Assembly (NCBI GenBank): GCA_036274475.1
Contig: DASUFO010000087.1
Location: forward strand, 72,936-136,935
DNA from: Candidatus Limnocylindrales bacterium
Lineage (GTDB): Bacteria > Chloroflexota > Limnocylindria > Limnocylindrales > CSP1-4
Reading direction: 5' to 3'
DNA length: 64,000 bases
A program made the position numbers and the translations under genes. Numbering within the stretch: position 1 is the first letter of the stretch; each line of letters opens with the position of its first letter. The notes under the pieces were generated by a model that was not told where the DNA came from, did not search any database, and saw nothing but the letters and a program-made list of their open reading frames with translations. Shown here piece after piece: positions 51,591-60,437 of the stretch.

Positions 51591-52012
51591 CCGGCGCCAC
51601 GTCCGGCGTCGCGGCGGCAACCTGGGGACCCGGGCGGCTGGACCTCTTCTGGCGCGCGGAGAGCGGCGAGCTCATGCACCGTGCCCAGGTCGACGGGAAG
51701 TGGCTGCCTCCCGAGTCGCTTGGTGGCAAGCTCGCGTCGAACCCGGCCGCGACCGCGTGGGACGTCGACCAACTGGAGGTGTTCGCCGTCTTTCCCGACG
51801 GCCAGCTCTGGGACCGTTACTGGGACGGCGAGTCGTGGCACGACTGGGAGTCGCTCGGAGGCGAGCTGAGCGGCGATCCGGCCGCCTCGTCGTCGGGCGC
51901 GGACCGCCTCGACGTCTACGCGCCGGGCCGGGACGGTCGCTTGTGGCACCGCTGGTGGAACGGCGAGCGCTGGGTCGACTGGGAGCAGCTGGAGGTTCGA
52001 GAGGGGCGATGA
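51587..52012 (+). CDS. Three-repeat Trp-rich beta-propeller-blade protein (tectonin / PLL / fucose-lectin-like repeats)
   Basis: 141 aa with three ~45-aa repeats: ...RLDLFWRAESGELMHRAQVDGKWLPPESLGG / ...QLEVFAVFPDGQLWDRYWDGESWHDWESLGG / ...RLDVYAPGRDGRLWHRWWNGERWVDWEQL. No signal peptide. The start overlaps the upstream stop. Confidence 0.6.
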   Translation: MTGATSGVAAATWGPGRLDLFWRAESGELMHRAQVDGKWLPPESLGGKLASNPAATAWDVDQLEVFAVFPDGQLWDRYWDGESWHDWESLGGELSGDPAASSSGADRLDVYAPGRDGRLWHRWWNGERWVDWEQLEVREGR

Positions 52013-52605
52013 GCGATGCGATCGCGGACATCATCGGCGACTATCGGTCGTTCGTGGCGCAGCAGCGCGATCGGTTGCTGACACGCGGCATCGACATCGC
52101 CGGCCTGGAACTCAGCCACCTCGCGTACCGCGTCCCCGAGTACGACATGTACCTTTGCGTGCGGACGCTCCTAGAACAGCACGCCGTCATGAATCGCGAG
52201 AACGTCTGGAACGGCCGCCCGATCTCGATCATCGTTCTCGAACGCCCGCTCGAAGTCCTCGATGACCAGCTCGTGCCGGACATCGAGCTGATCCCGCCCG
52301 TCCACCAGCGCGTCTACAAGATGGGCCTCGAGCACCTCGGCGTCGTCGTCGGCCCTGAGACGTTCGATGCGTTCGTCGAGACCCACAAGCCGGTCCTGAC
52401 GGGACAGCAGTTCCAGGGCCCGCTGAGCACGCCCGACCCCGTATACATCCTGTTCGAGGACTTCACCCACGTGAAGTTCTATCGACATTCCTTGCGCGAT
52501 TCGATCGAGCTGACCGGCATCCATTTCGACGGCTTCCACCATGTCGACGACTGGACTCCCCAGCGGCTCGTCACCGCGACCGGCCCCAATCGCCTGCCCC
52601 GCTAG
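52009..52605 (+). CDS. YecM-like VOC-fold metal-binding protein
   Basis: ATG at 52009 (ATGA overlap). LSHLAYRV..., NGRPISIIVL, ELIPP...YKMGLEHLGVVV, HVKFYRHSL. These align by eye with E. coli YecM motifs. Confidence 0.65.
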   Translation: MSDAIADIIGDYRSFVAQQRDRLLTRGIDIAGLELSHLAYRVPEYDMYLCVRTLLEQHAVMNRENVWNGRPISIIVLERPLEVLDDQLVPDIELIPPVHQRVYKMGLEHLGVVVGPETFDAFVETHKPVLTGQQFQGPLSTPDPVYILFEDFTHVKFYRHSLRDSIELTGIHFDGFHHVDDWTPQRLVTATGPNRLPR

Positions 52606-52631
52606 CCGATCACCCGCGTTCGGAGGTCCTC

Positions 52632-53570
52632 GTGTCCGAAGTCCGACTTGGCGCCCTGTGCTGGAACCAGTACACCGATTGGCCTGCCTTGCTCGAGGCT
52701 GGGCGTCGCGCCGAGCGGCTCGGGTACTACAGCCTCTGGACGTGGGACCACGTCTACCCGATCGTCGGCAACTCGACCGGGCCGATCTTCGAAGGCTGGC
52801 TCGCGGCGACGGCGTGGGCCCAGGCGACCGACCGGATCAAGGTCGGGCTGATGGTCGGCGCGAACACGTTCCGCAACCCTGCCCTCGTCGCGAAGATGGC
52901 GACGACGCTCGACCACGTCAGCAACGGCCGGGCGATCCTCGGCATCGGCGCCGCGTGGTTCGAGGAGGAGCACGAGGCGTTCGGCATCGAGTTCGGGTCA
53001 GGGCCACCGGAGCGACTGCGCTGGCTCGGCGAGGCGTTGCCGATCATGCGGGGGATGCTGGACGGCACCGAGCCCTCGGCGACCGGACCGCGCTATTCGT
53101 CAAAGAGGACTCGCAACCTGCCGCCGCCCCTCCAGTCTCATCTCCCGATCTGCGTCGGTGGCGGCGGCGAGCAGGTCACGCTCAAGCTCGTCGCTCGCTA
53201 CGCCGACATGAACAACGTGGGCGGCGGAATCGCGAGCATCCGGCGCAAGGAGGAGATCCTCCTTCGGCATTGCGAGACCGTCGGGCGCGACCCCTCGACC
53301 ATCGAGCGAACGGCGGCGCTCGGGCCGGTTTTCATCAGGGACGACCGAGCCGAGGCCGAGCGAGGTCTCAAGGCCCTGTTCGAACACAACGGCGGCGCCG
53401 AGGTCTGGCCCGATCTCCACGTCGGGACCGTCGAGGACGTCGTCGAGCGGCTCACGCCATACGTCGAGCTGGGTTACCGGCACTTCACGGCCGGCTTCCC
53501 ATCGCCGTACGACGAGGAGACGATGACCCGGCTGGCGACCGAGGTCCGGCCGGCGCTCGAGCGGATCTGA
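52632..53570 (+). CDS. LLM-class (luciferase-like) F420-dependent oxidoreductase
   Basis: 312 aa. YYSLWTWDHVYPI, LDHVSNGRAILGIGAAWFEEEHEAFGI. Confidence 0.8.
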   Translation: MSEVRLGALCWNQYTDWPALLEAGRRAERLGYYSLWTWDHVYPIVGNSTGPIFEGWLAATAWAQATDRIKVGLMVGANTFRNPALVAKMATTLDHVSNGRAILGIGAAWFEEEHEAFGIEFGSGPPERLRWLGEALPIMRGMLDGTEPSATGPRYSSKRTRNLPPPLQSHLPICVGGGGEQVTLKLVARYADMNNVGGGIASIRRKEEILLRHCETVGRDPSTIERTAALGPVFIRDDRAEAERGLKALFEHNGGAEVWPDLHVGTVEDVVERLTPYVELGYRHFTAGFPSPYDEETMTRLATEVRPALERI

Positions 53571-53581
53571 CCCGGAGCTAC

Positions 53582-54247
53582 CTAGATCAGCGGGATCGAG
53601 GCAACCGAAGCCGCGCCACCCTTTGCCTTTGCCCGAGCCCGGTGCCGGGCCGCCTTGGCCTTGTTGCCGCAGGTCGCCATGTCGCACCAGATCCGGCGGC
53701 CGGCCCGCGACTCGTCGAAGAACAGCCAGCGGCAGGTGTCGTTGGCGCAGATGCGGACACGATCGGCGCGGCCGTTCTGGATCTCATGAACGAGCGGATC
53801 GGCGAGTCGCGCCAGCGCGTCGTCCAGGGGGTCGCCGACGTGACTGTGACCGACGGAGACGCCGTCGTGCTCCTTGACGAGCTCAACGCGCTCGCGGGAG
53901 CGGATCGCCCGGTTCACCTCGGCGAGCGCCTCGTCTGACGGCGCCCGGTCGTGGGCGACGGCGTCCGCGACCTCGCGCAGCGCCGCACGGACCGACCGGA
54001 CCTTCTCGAGGGCCTGCTCCGGCGTCACGCCATAGACGGCAAGGGCCGATGGTGCGAGGTCCTCGTGGCACATCCCGCGGTCGGTCAGCCAATGCGCCGC
54101 GTCGTCGAATGACGCGAGGTGATCCACCAGGGAACCCGACTCGAGCTCGATGGTGTTCATGAAGTCAGAGGTGTCCTCGAGGGACATCTGATGGTGGTGG
54201 TCGTACGTCGGTCGGTGGCCGCCGACCTTCGGTGTCTTCGCGGACAT
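53582..54247 (-). CDS. CGNR zinc-finger (ABATE domain) putative nucleic-acid-binding regulator
   Basis: C-terminal RVRICANDTCRWLFFDESRAGRRIWCDMATCGNKAKAARHRAR (CGNR motif). The start is trimmed to the ATG at 54247, because the track start at 54298 lies in the AT-rich promoter region. Confidence 0.8.
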   Translation of the reverse strand: MSAKTPKVGGHRPTYDHHHQMSLEDTSDFMNTIELESGSLVDHLASFDDAAHWLTDRGMCHEDLAPSALAVYGVTPEQALEKVRSVRAALREVADAVAHDRAPSDEALAEVNRAIRSRERVELVKEHDGVSVGHSHVGDPLDDALARLADPLVHEIQNGRADRVRICANDTCRWLFFDESRAGRRIWCDMATCGNKAKAARHRARAKAKGGAASVASIPLI

Positions 54248-54346
54248 ATAACCACTGTAAAGGACTTGACAGGTTACGCGCAAGGGTCTAGAGTACATAA
54301 CCAGATAAGAAACTTAAACCGGTTACGAGAGACCAAGGAGGTTACG
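54248..54346. promoter_or_regulatory. Repeated candidate operator: ATAACC-N18-GGTTACG twice (54248..54278 and 54297..54327) plus a third GGTTACG (54340..54346)
   Basis: Read directly from the sequence. The two full units are exactly 49 bp apart. The half-sites are mutually inverted (TAACC/GGTTA). They flank the promoter elements of both divergent genes. Confidence 0.55.
54266..54294 (+). promoter_or_regulatory. Near-consensus sigma70-type promoter for the small-protein operon
   Basis: TTGACA (54266..54271), 17 nt, TAGAGT (54289..54294). Confidence 0.7.
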
Positions 54347-54351
54347 CAGAA

Positions 54352-54468
54352 ATGGAAGCGATCTTCGCCATCGTGATCGCCATCGTGGCGCTCCTTGGGC
54401 TGGACGTTGCGGCGATCAGGTTCGGCGCCGATTCACGGCCCGCGATGGCCGACGACCACGGCCGCTGA
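54352..54468 (+). CDS. 38-aa hydrophobic micro-protein
   Basis: Not in the track. aaggagg SD, 7 nt, then ATG. MEAIFAIVIAIVALLGLDVAAIRFGADSRPAMADDHGR. Lies between a strong promoter and a strong terminator. Confidence 0.6.
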   Translation: MEAIFAIVIAIVALLGLDVAAIRFGADSRPAMADDHGR

Positions 54469-54488
54469 GCCGCAACCGGGAGGAACTC

Positions 54489-54740
54489 GTGCACAGCTAC
54501 TACACCTTCATCGCCCTCGACATCGCGCGTGACCGCGCACGTGAGGCTGAGCAGCGGCGCCTGCTCTCGGTCGACGAGGCATCGAACGGCTCGGATCGCT
54601 CGATCCGCCGGTCCGCGGCGTCTGCATTCGCGGCCTTCAGTCGGGCATCCGGCCGGATCGCCCGCCGGCTCGACGACAACGTCGCCGTCTCGAGCGCCCT
54701 GCTTGGTCGCTCGACGGCCGGCTGCAACTGCGCCGACTGA
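54489..54740 (+). CDS. 83-aa hypothetical protein
   Basis: GTG start after ggaggaa. HSYYTFIALDIARDRAREAEQRRLL... is a hydrophobic/amphipathic N-terminus followed by an Ala/Ser/Arg-rich region. Confidence 0.5.
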   Translation: MHSYYTFIALDIARDRAREAEQRRLLSVDEASNGSDRSIRRSAASAFAAFSRASGRIARRLDDNVAVSSALLGRSTAGCNCAD

Positions 54741-54762
54741 TCCGATCTCTTGCTCAACGAGG

Positions 54763-54790
54763 CGCCCCGCCGATCGGCGGGGCGTTTTTC
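54763..54790 (+). terminator. Intrinsic terminator
   Basis: cgccccgcc-gatc-ggcggggcg (perfect 9-bp stem) followed by tttttc. Confidence 0.85.
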
Positions 54791-54868
54791 ATGTGCCAAG
54801 ACGTGGACAATCACCTGTAGCGTTCGGGGCACGCTCGTCATCGAAGGCCACGTACACGGAGGCCCGAC

Positions 54869-55660
54869 ATGCGACCTTCGGCGCGTCTGAGTCTGGCGGC
54901 GATCGCGTTGGCCGCGGCTTGCATGGTCGGTTGCGGCAGCACGCCGCCCGCGGAGGATTGGTCGACCTTGCCGGAGGCCGTCGACGTCACGCCCCTGCTC
55001 TGGCTGCGAGCCGACACCGTCTCCGGTGCCCCTGGCACGCCGGTCGTGGGCTGGCCGGCCACCGTCGGTCCGGACGCGGTCCAGCCGAATCCCGCACAGC
55101 AACCCAGGCTCTCGGCGCTTCGAGGACGCGCGGCGGTCCGATTCGATGGCGTCGACGACGTGCTCGAGTCGAGCCTGGACATCAATCCGTCGGTCCACCC
55201 GAAGCTGACGATCGTGGCGGTCTTCAGCAGCGACGTCGACGCCGGGAGGCCGCTCCGGAAGCTGTATGGAGCGGACGACGGCGGATACGACCGGACCGCC
55301 GGCCTCGACGACCGGGCCGAGAACGGGAAGAACTACACGGTCTTCGGAGGCGAGGGTCCCGACGACGTCGGGTATTTCGACCTCAGCGCCGGCGGCTCGT
55401 ACCTGACGGTGGACGAGTTCGGCGTCGGCGTCTTCAACGGCTGGGTCAGCGGACGCCACGTCCTGCAGGACCAGCCGACAAACCATGGGGATGGCCTCTC
55501 GACGTTCTTCATCGGCGGGACCGGGACCGTCTTCTCCGAGCCCTGGAAGGGAACGATCGGCGAGCTGCTCGCCTTCGACGGCGCGCTCTCGGACAGCCAG
55601 CGCGAGGCGCTCGAGGACTTCCTCGGCCGGAAGTACACGCTAGTCATCGATCACCGCTAA
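54869..55660 (+). CDS. Lipoprotein with LamG-like (concanavalin A-like) jelly-roll domain
   Basis: Lipobox LAAIALAAACMVGCGS. RFDGVDDVLES..., FFIGGTG...PWKGTIGELLAFDGALSDSQREALEDFLGRKY. Confidence 0.65.
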   Translation: MRPSARLSLAAIALAAACMVGCGSTPPAEDWSTLPEAVDVTPLLWLRADTVSGAPGTPVVGWPATVGPDAVQPNPAQQPRLSALRGRAAVRFDGVDDVLESSLDINPSVHPKLTIVAVFSSDVDAGRPLRKLYGADDGGYDRTAGLDDRAENGKNYTVFGGEGPDDVGYFDLSAGGSYLTVDEFGVGVFNGWVSGRHVLQDQPTNHGDGLSTFFIGGTGTVFSEPWKGTIGELLAFDGALSDSQREALEDFLGRKYTLVIDHR

Positions 55661-55820
55661 GCACGCCCACGGCCCAGTCGCAGCTAATCGCCAGATAAGC
55701 GGGCCCTGCTAGGGTCCCAACGGACGCCCCGCCGACGTCGGAAGTGCCCCCACCGTCGACGGGGCGTCAGCATGTCTGGCGCTCCACCCGATCCGCCGCT
55801 GAGCCCGCCGCGGAGCGCGA

Positions 55821-56525
55821 ATGGAGAAGACGGCGGCCCCGTGGCGGGTCCTGGACGATGCTGATTCGGTTGGCAAAGAGCCTGGCGGGGCTGAGGCGCC
55901 CGCGCCCGCCGGGTGGCTGACGCCACGGCTCCTCGCGGGGGTTGCGGCTGCGGTCGGCCTCGCCATCGCGGCGTTCCTCGTGGCGGCCACGGGACCGAGC
56001 GGTTCCGTCGCGATCGACGGCGGGTCGACGTTCTCGAGTGATGGGCCTGTCGCGGGAAGCTCGGCGGGCGCCGTCGGCGGAGAGATCGTCGTCGATGTCC
56101 AGGGCGCCGTCGTCAATCCGGGAATCCAGCGGCTGGTGCCGGGATCGCGGGTCGGCGACGCGATCGCGTCCGCTGGTGGGTTCACGCCCCGGGTCGACGC
56201 TGCGCGGGCGGCTGCCGAGCTGAATCTTGCGACGGTGGTCTCGGATGGCGATCGCATCGTCGTTCCCGCGCGCGGCGACCCGCCCCCGGCCGGCGGCGGA
56301 TCCGGCGCAGGCGGGAGCGGCGCCGGCGGCGGTGGACTCGTGAACGTGAACACCGCGTCGGCCTCCGAGCTCGACGCCCTGCCGGGAGTCGGGCCGGTGA
56401 CGGCCCAGAAGATCATCGACGCGCGGGCCGAGAAGCCGTTTGCGACCGTCGACGAGCTGAAGGAACGGAAGGTGCTGGGCGCGGCGGCGTTCGACAAGCT
56501 CCGCGACCTCGTCACGGTCCGCTGA
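55821..56525 (+). CDS. comEA: ComEA family DNA-binding competence protein (TM, SLBB, helix-hairpin-helix)
   Basis: VVDVQGAVVNPGIQRLVPGSRVGDAIASAGG (SLBB). VNVNTASASELDALPGVGPVTAQKIIDAR (HhH). Confidence 0.9.
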   Translation: MEKTAAPWRVLDDADSVGKEPGGAEAPAPAGWLTPRLLAGVAAAVGLAIAAFLVAATGPSGSVAIDGGSTFSSDGPVAGSSAGAVGGEIVVDVQGAVVNPGIQRLVPGSRVGDAIASAGGFTPRVDAARAAAELNLATVVSDGDRIVVPARGDPPPAGGGSGAGGSGAGGGGLVNVNTASASELDALPGVGPVTAQKIIDARAEKPFATVDELKERKVLGAAAFDKLRDLVTVR

Positions 56526-58978
56526 TGCCGGCGGCGGGCTGGCTCGCGATCGGTTCGGTTGTCGCCGCGCTCGCCGCCCCATCGGCTGGCGGGGCCGTCC
56601 TCGTCCTGCTCGCCGCGAGCCTCGGCGCAGCCGGGTTGGCGATGTCGGCGCGCGCCACCAGACGCGGGATCCTCGCGACGGCGGTTGGCGCCGGCGCCCT
56701 CGCCGTGCGGCTGCTCGTGCTGCCGGCGCCGCCTCCAGCGTCCGTCGCGCCGCCCGAGGGGAGCGGCCCGTGGGTCGCCCGGGTGGAGAGCATTGGCGCA
56801 CCGCGCGAGGGCCAGCAGGTCGCGACGCTCCGACTCGAACGCGACGAGCGGGTCGCCGTCGCCGCCACCCTGCCTCGGTATCCTGCGGTCGACCCGGGGG
56901 CCCGCGTCGAGATCAGCGGCGCGATTCAGGCACCGCCGGACGGCAGCTACGGCGATTACCTCCGGCGCACCGGCGTCGCCGGCACGATCCGATCGCGCTC
57001 GCTCGAAGTCCTGCCATCGGCCGCATCCGACGCTGGCACGACGCTCGAGGGCCTGCGACGACACGCCGGCGCGGCACTCGCGGCCTCCATCCCCGAGCCG
57101 GAGGCCGGGCTTGCCTCGGGCATCGTCATCGGATTGCGCGATCGCGTCGATCGGGATCTCGCGGCGGACTTCACGACGGTCGGTGCGAGCCACGTCGTCG
57201 CGATCTCCGGATGGAACATCGCGATCGTCGCCGCCTGCATCGCCGCGCTCTGCGGTGGGCTATCGCGCCGCCGGCGGGCCGTGGTCACGGCCGCGGCGAT
57301 CGTCGCCTACGTTGCGTTCGCCGGGGCGTCCGCGTCGGTCGTGCGGGCGGCGGCGATGGCTGGCGTCGTGCTGATCGCTCGCGAGAGCGGACGAGCCGGG
57401 CGGGCGGCCGCGGCGCTCGGCTGGGCGGCGTTGCTTCTGCTGCTCGTCGATCCCCATCTCGTCTCGGACGCCGGGTTCCAGCTGTCGGCACTCGCGACTG
57501 CCGGGATCCTCGCCTGGGCGACCCCGTTCGGCGCCTGGCTGGGCGCTCGTCTCTCACGCCTGCCCGGATGGCTGACGGAGTGCCTGGCGGTCTCGCTCGT
57601 CGCGCAGGCGGCCACATTGCCAGTCGTCCTGCTCTCGTTTGGCCGGCTCGCGATCGTCTCGCCCGTCGTGAACCTGGGCGTCGTACCGCTCGTCGCACCG
57701 GCGATGGCGGCCTGTGCGATCGCCCTCGTCGGGGGACTTGCGACGCTCGCCGGCGCACCTGCGCTCGTCGCGACGCTGCTCGGGCTGCCCGCGTGGTTCC
57801 TGCTTTCCGTCATCGTCGGGATCGTCCAGCTGTCGGCACGACTACCGTTTGCATCTGCGACGATCGATCCGCCCTGGAACCTCGTCGCCGCGGGCGTCGC
57901 GGCGGCGCTCGTCGCCGGGATCGTGATCGCGCGCCGCATCGGTCTGACGCGCCGCAGATCTCACAGGGCCGCGACGCCTGTTCGAACGACGCCGGCGCCT
58001 CGCGAACGGACGCGCCGAGGGCCGGTCCGAGCGGTCGCGGTCCTCATCGTTGCCGCCGCGGCCGGACTCGTTCTGGTTGCTGCCCACCGTCCCGACGGCG
58101 TCACTCGGATCACCGTCCTCGACATCGGGCAGGGCGACGCGATTCTCATCGAGGGCAGCAGCGGCGGCCGGATGCTCGTGGATGGCGGGCCGGATCCGGA
58201 TCGGCTGCTCGTCGAGCTCGACCGGCGCCTGCCGCCATGGGACCGCCGCCTCGACGTGCTCGTCCTGACACACCCCCACGAGGACCACGTCGCAGGTCTC
58301 GCGATGCTCCTGGACCGATACCGGATCGGACGCGTCTTCGAGAACGGCATGAGCGGACGGGGACCCGGCTATGCGGCGTGGGAGGCGGCGCTCGGCCGGC
58401 CCGGTGCTCCGCCGCGCGGGATCCTGGAGACGGGCGATGCGATCGCCGTCGACGACCTTCGGTTCGGGGTGCTCTGGCCGGATCCGGGCTGCGTTCCGCG
58501 TGCGCCCCCGGAGAGCGGCCGCGAGATCAACGACCGATCCATCGTGCTCCTCGGCGCGATCGATGGGCGCCGCATCCTGCTTACCGGCGACCTCGAAGAC
58601 GACGTCGACGCGGTGCTGCTCGCGCGAGGCCTGCCCCGAATCGATCTCGTCAAGGTCGCGCACCACGGCAGCGCGACGGCGTCGAGCGAGGCGCTGCTCG
58701 AGGCGATTCGCCCGAGGGTCGCGGCGATCTCCGTTGGGACCGGCAACACGTACGGCCATCCGGCGTCGGAGACGCTCGAACGCCTTCGCGCGGTCGGCGC
58801 ACAGGTCTACCGCACCGACACGGATGGCGCGATCGAGATCTCGTTCGTCGCCGGCCGGATGTCGGTGGCGGTGAGCAAGGGGCCGGGCTCCGAGCCGCAC
58901 CCGACACCTCGCCCGTCGGCCCCCACGGCACAGCCGGCCCCGGCGCCGTTCGCCTGCGCGATACCATCGGGCGGATGA
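56525..58978 (+). CDS. comEC: ComEC/Rec2 DNA internalisation channel with C-terminal metallo-beta-lactamase domain
   Basis: 817 aa and polytopic. Competence domain FTTVGASHVVAISGWNI. MBL motif LVLTHPHEDHVAGL. ...VAHHGSATASS. The start overlaps the comEA stop. Confidence 0.92.
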   Translation: MPAAGWLAIGSVVAALAAPSAGGAVLVLLAASLGAAGLAMSARATRRGILATAVGAGALAVRLLVLPAPPPASVAPPEGSGPWVARVESIGAPREGQQVATLRLERDERVAVAATLPRYPAVDPGARVEISGAIQAPPDGSYGDYLRRTGVAGTIRSRSLEVLPSAASDAGTTLEGLRRHAGAALAASIPEPEAGLASGIVIGLRDRVDRDLAADFTTVGASHVVAISGWNIAIVAACIAALCGGLSRRRRAVVTAAAIVAYVAFAGASASVVRAAAMAGVVLIARESGRAGRAAAALGWAALLLLLVDPHLVSDAGFQLSALATAGILAWATPFGAWLGARLSRLPGWLTECLAVSLVAQAATLPVVLLSFGRLAIVSPVVNLGVVPLVAPAMAACAIALVGGLATLAGAPALVATLLGLPAWFLLSVIVGIVQLSARLPFASATIDPPWNLVAAGVAAALVAGIVIARRIGLTRRRSHRAATPVRTTPAPRERTRRGPVRAVAVLIVAAAAGLVLVAAHRPDGVTRITVLDIGQGDAILIEGSSGGRMLVDGGPDPDRLLVELDRRLPPWDRRLDVLVLTHPHEDHVAGLAMLLDRYRIGRVFENGMSGRGPGYAAWEAALGRPGAPPRGILETGDAIAVDDLRFGVLWPDPGCVPRAPPESGREINDRSIVLLGAIDGRRILLTGDLEDDVDAVLLARGLPRIDLVKVAHHGSATASSEALLEAIRPRVAAISVGTGNTYGHPASETLERLRAVGAQVYRTDTDGAIEISFVAGRMSVAVSKGPGSEPHPTPRPSAPTAQPAPAPFACAIPSGG

Positions 58979-60051
58979 CCCCGATGCCCTCTTCACCCAG
59001 CGCGGTCGCCTATTTCTGGGGCGACGACGACCTCGGGGCGAGCCGAGCCGTCGGGCGGATGGCCGACGGGATCGGCGCGACGCACGGCGGTCCCGTCGAG
59101 CGATTCGAGGTGCGCGGCGACCGAAATCAGGCAAGTAACCAGATCGCGGATCTCCACCAGCGCGTCGCGACCCAGTCGATGTTCGGCGGTGGGTCGCTCG
59201 CCGTCGTGACGAACGCGGGGGCGCTGACCGTCCGCAACGACGACCGGGATTCACTGATCGCCGTGCTCGGCCTCGTCGCGCCGGGGAGTGGCGTCGTCTT
59301 CGTCGAGGCCTCCCCGAGCGGCGCCCGCGAGCCGGGCCAGAAACGGCTCGTCGAGGCGGTCAAGGCTGCCGGCGGTGAGATCAGGGCCTTCAAGGCGCCG
59401 AAGGCGGGCGAGCTCGCCGGCTGGATCGAGGCCGAGGCCCGGGAGCGCGGGCTCAGGCTCGGTCAGGGCGCCTCACGGGCACTCGCGTCGCGCGTCGGCG
59501 GCTTCGTGACCGACAACGACGCGGACCGCCGGAACCAGACGATGATCGTCGACCGCGAGCTCGACAAGCTCGCCCTCTATCGGCCGGACGGGACCGTGAG
59601 CGCGGCCGATGTCGAAGCCCTGGTCGCGGAAGCCGTCCCGGGCTCGGTCTGGGCATTTACGGACGCCGTCGGTCGACGCGACGTCGCCCGCGCCAACGAG
59701 CTGCTGGAGCGCCTCGCCGAGACGACGCCAGAACCAGTCCTGCTTGCGGTCCTCCACCGAAGGATCCGGGAGCTCCTCGAAGTCGCCGACCGGCTCGCGG
59801 CGGGCGAGAAGGAGGCGTCGCTGCCGCGAGCGCTCGGCATTCACTCGTATCGCGCGGAGCAGCTCGCGGTCCAGGCAAGGCGCTGGTCGGTCCCGGAGCT
59901 GGAGGCTGCGCTCGACGGACTCGTCGACCTCGATGCGACCGTGAAGAGCGCGCCGGGCTACGGGGCGTCAGACGCGCAGCGCCGCCTGGCGTTCACGATG
60001 TGGCTGGCGGAGAAGGTCGGGCGGCGGGAGGAAGCGGCGCTCGGACGCTAG
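58975..60051 (+). CDS. holA: DNA polymerase III delta subunit
   Basis: ATG at 58975 (ATGA overlap with comEC). AYFWGDDDLGASRAV..., MFGGGSLAVV, conserved position after comEC. The track ORF 56770..60051 is trimmed. Confidence 0.8.
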   Translation: MTPMPSSPSAVAYFWGDDDLGASRAVGRMADGIGATHGGPVERFEVRGDRNQASNQIADLHQRVATQSMFGGGSLAVVTNAGALTVRNDDRDSLIAVLGLVAPGSGVVFVEASPSGAREPGQKRLVEAVKAAGGEIRAFKAPKAGELAGWIEAEARERGLRLGQGASRALASRVGGFVTDNDADRRNQTMIVDRELDKLALYRPDGTVSAADVEALVAEAVPGSVWAFTDAVGRRDVARANELLERLAETTPEPVLLAVLHRRIRELLEVADRLAAGEKEASLPRALGIHSYRAEQLAVQARRWSVPELEAALDGLVDLDATVKSAPGYGASDAQRRLAFTMWLAEKVGRREEAALGR

Positions 60052-60302
60052 TCCGCGGACGACCAGGCCTGCTCCTGCACCACGAGGTCGCTCTCGATCG
60101 CGAAGACGCAGCGGCCCTCGCGCAGGTCGAGCAGCTCGATCAGGTCCGGGTCGATGTAGAGCTGGTGGCAATCCTCGCACAGCCCGCCCGGGATCCCGAA
60201 GCAGAGCCGCTCGCTCCGATCGGACATGCGGAACGTCGTGTCGAACCGCGTCGTGATCAGACGGCGGCTGCAGCTCGGACAACGCTCGCGGAGGCGGGAC
60301 AT
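60048..60302 (-). CDS. Small zinc-ribbon protein, unknown function
   Basis: ATG at 60302: MSRLRERCPSCSRRL...GGLCEDCHQLYIDPDL (two CxxC pairs). 84 aa. Confidence 0.45.
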   Translation of the reverse strand: MSRLRERCPSCSRRLITTRFDTTFRMSDRSERLCFGIPGGLCEDCHQLYIDPDLIELLDLREGRCVFAIESDLVVQEQAWSSAD

Positions 60303-60437
60303 CGACGGTGACGGACCTCGAACCGCGGGCCGATCGCTCGATCGACCTCGGGGCGATGCTAGGTGGCGCCCCGCGACGCTCGGCATGACCCGACGGTACC
60401 CTCGCGGCCGGTACTCGCCGCGGCCGGGGAACCCCCG

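Noticed and set aside
55723-55768. Long imperfect stem-loop (gacgccccg...cggggcgtc) between the LamG lipoprotein gene and comEA
   Set aside because: It might be a terminator, but the loop is large (28 nt) and no U-tract follows. The support is not strong enough to annotate it.
56770-58974. Upstream 735 codons of the 1093-aa ORF that ends as holA
   Set aside because: This part overlaps comEC in another frame and is Arg-rich junk. Only the last 358 codons, from ATG 58975, show HolA-like sequence.
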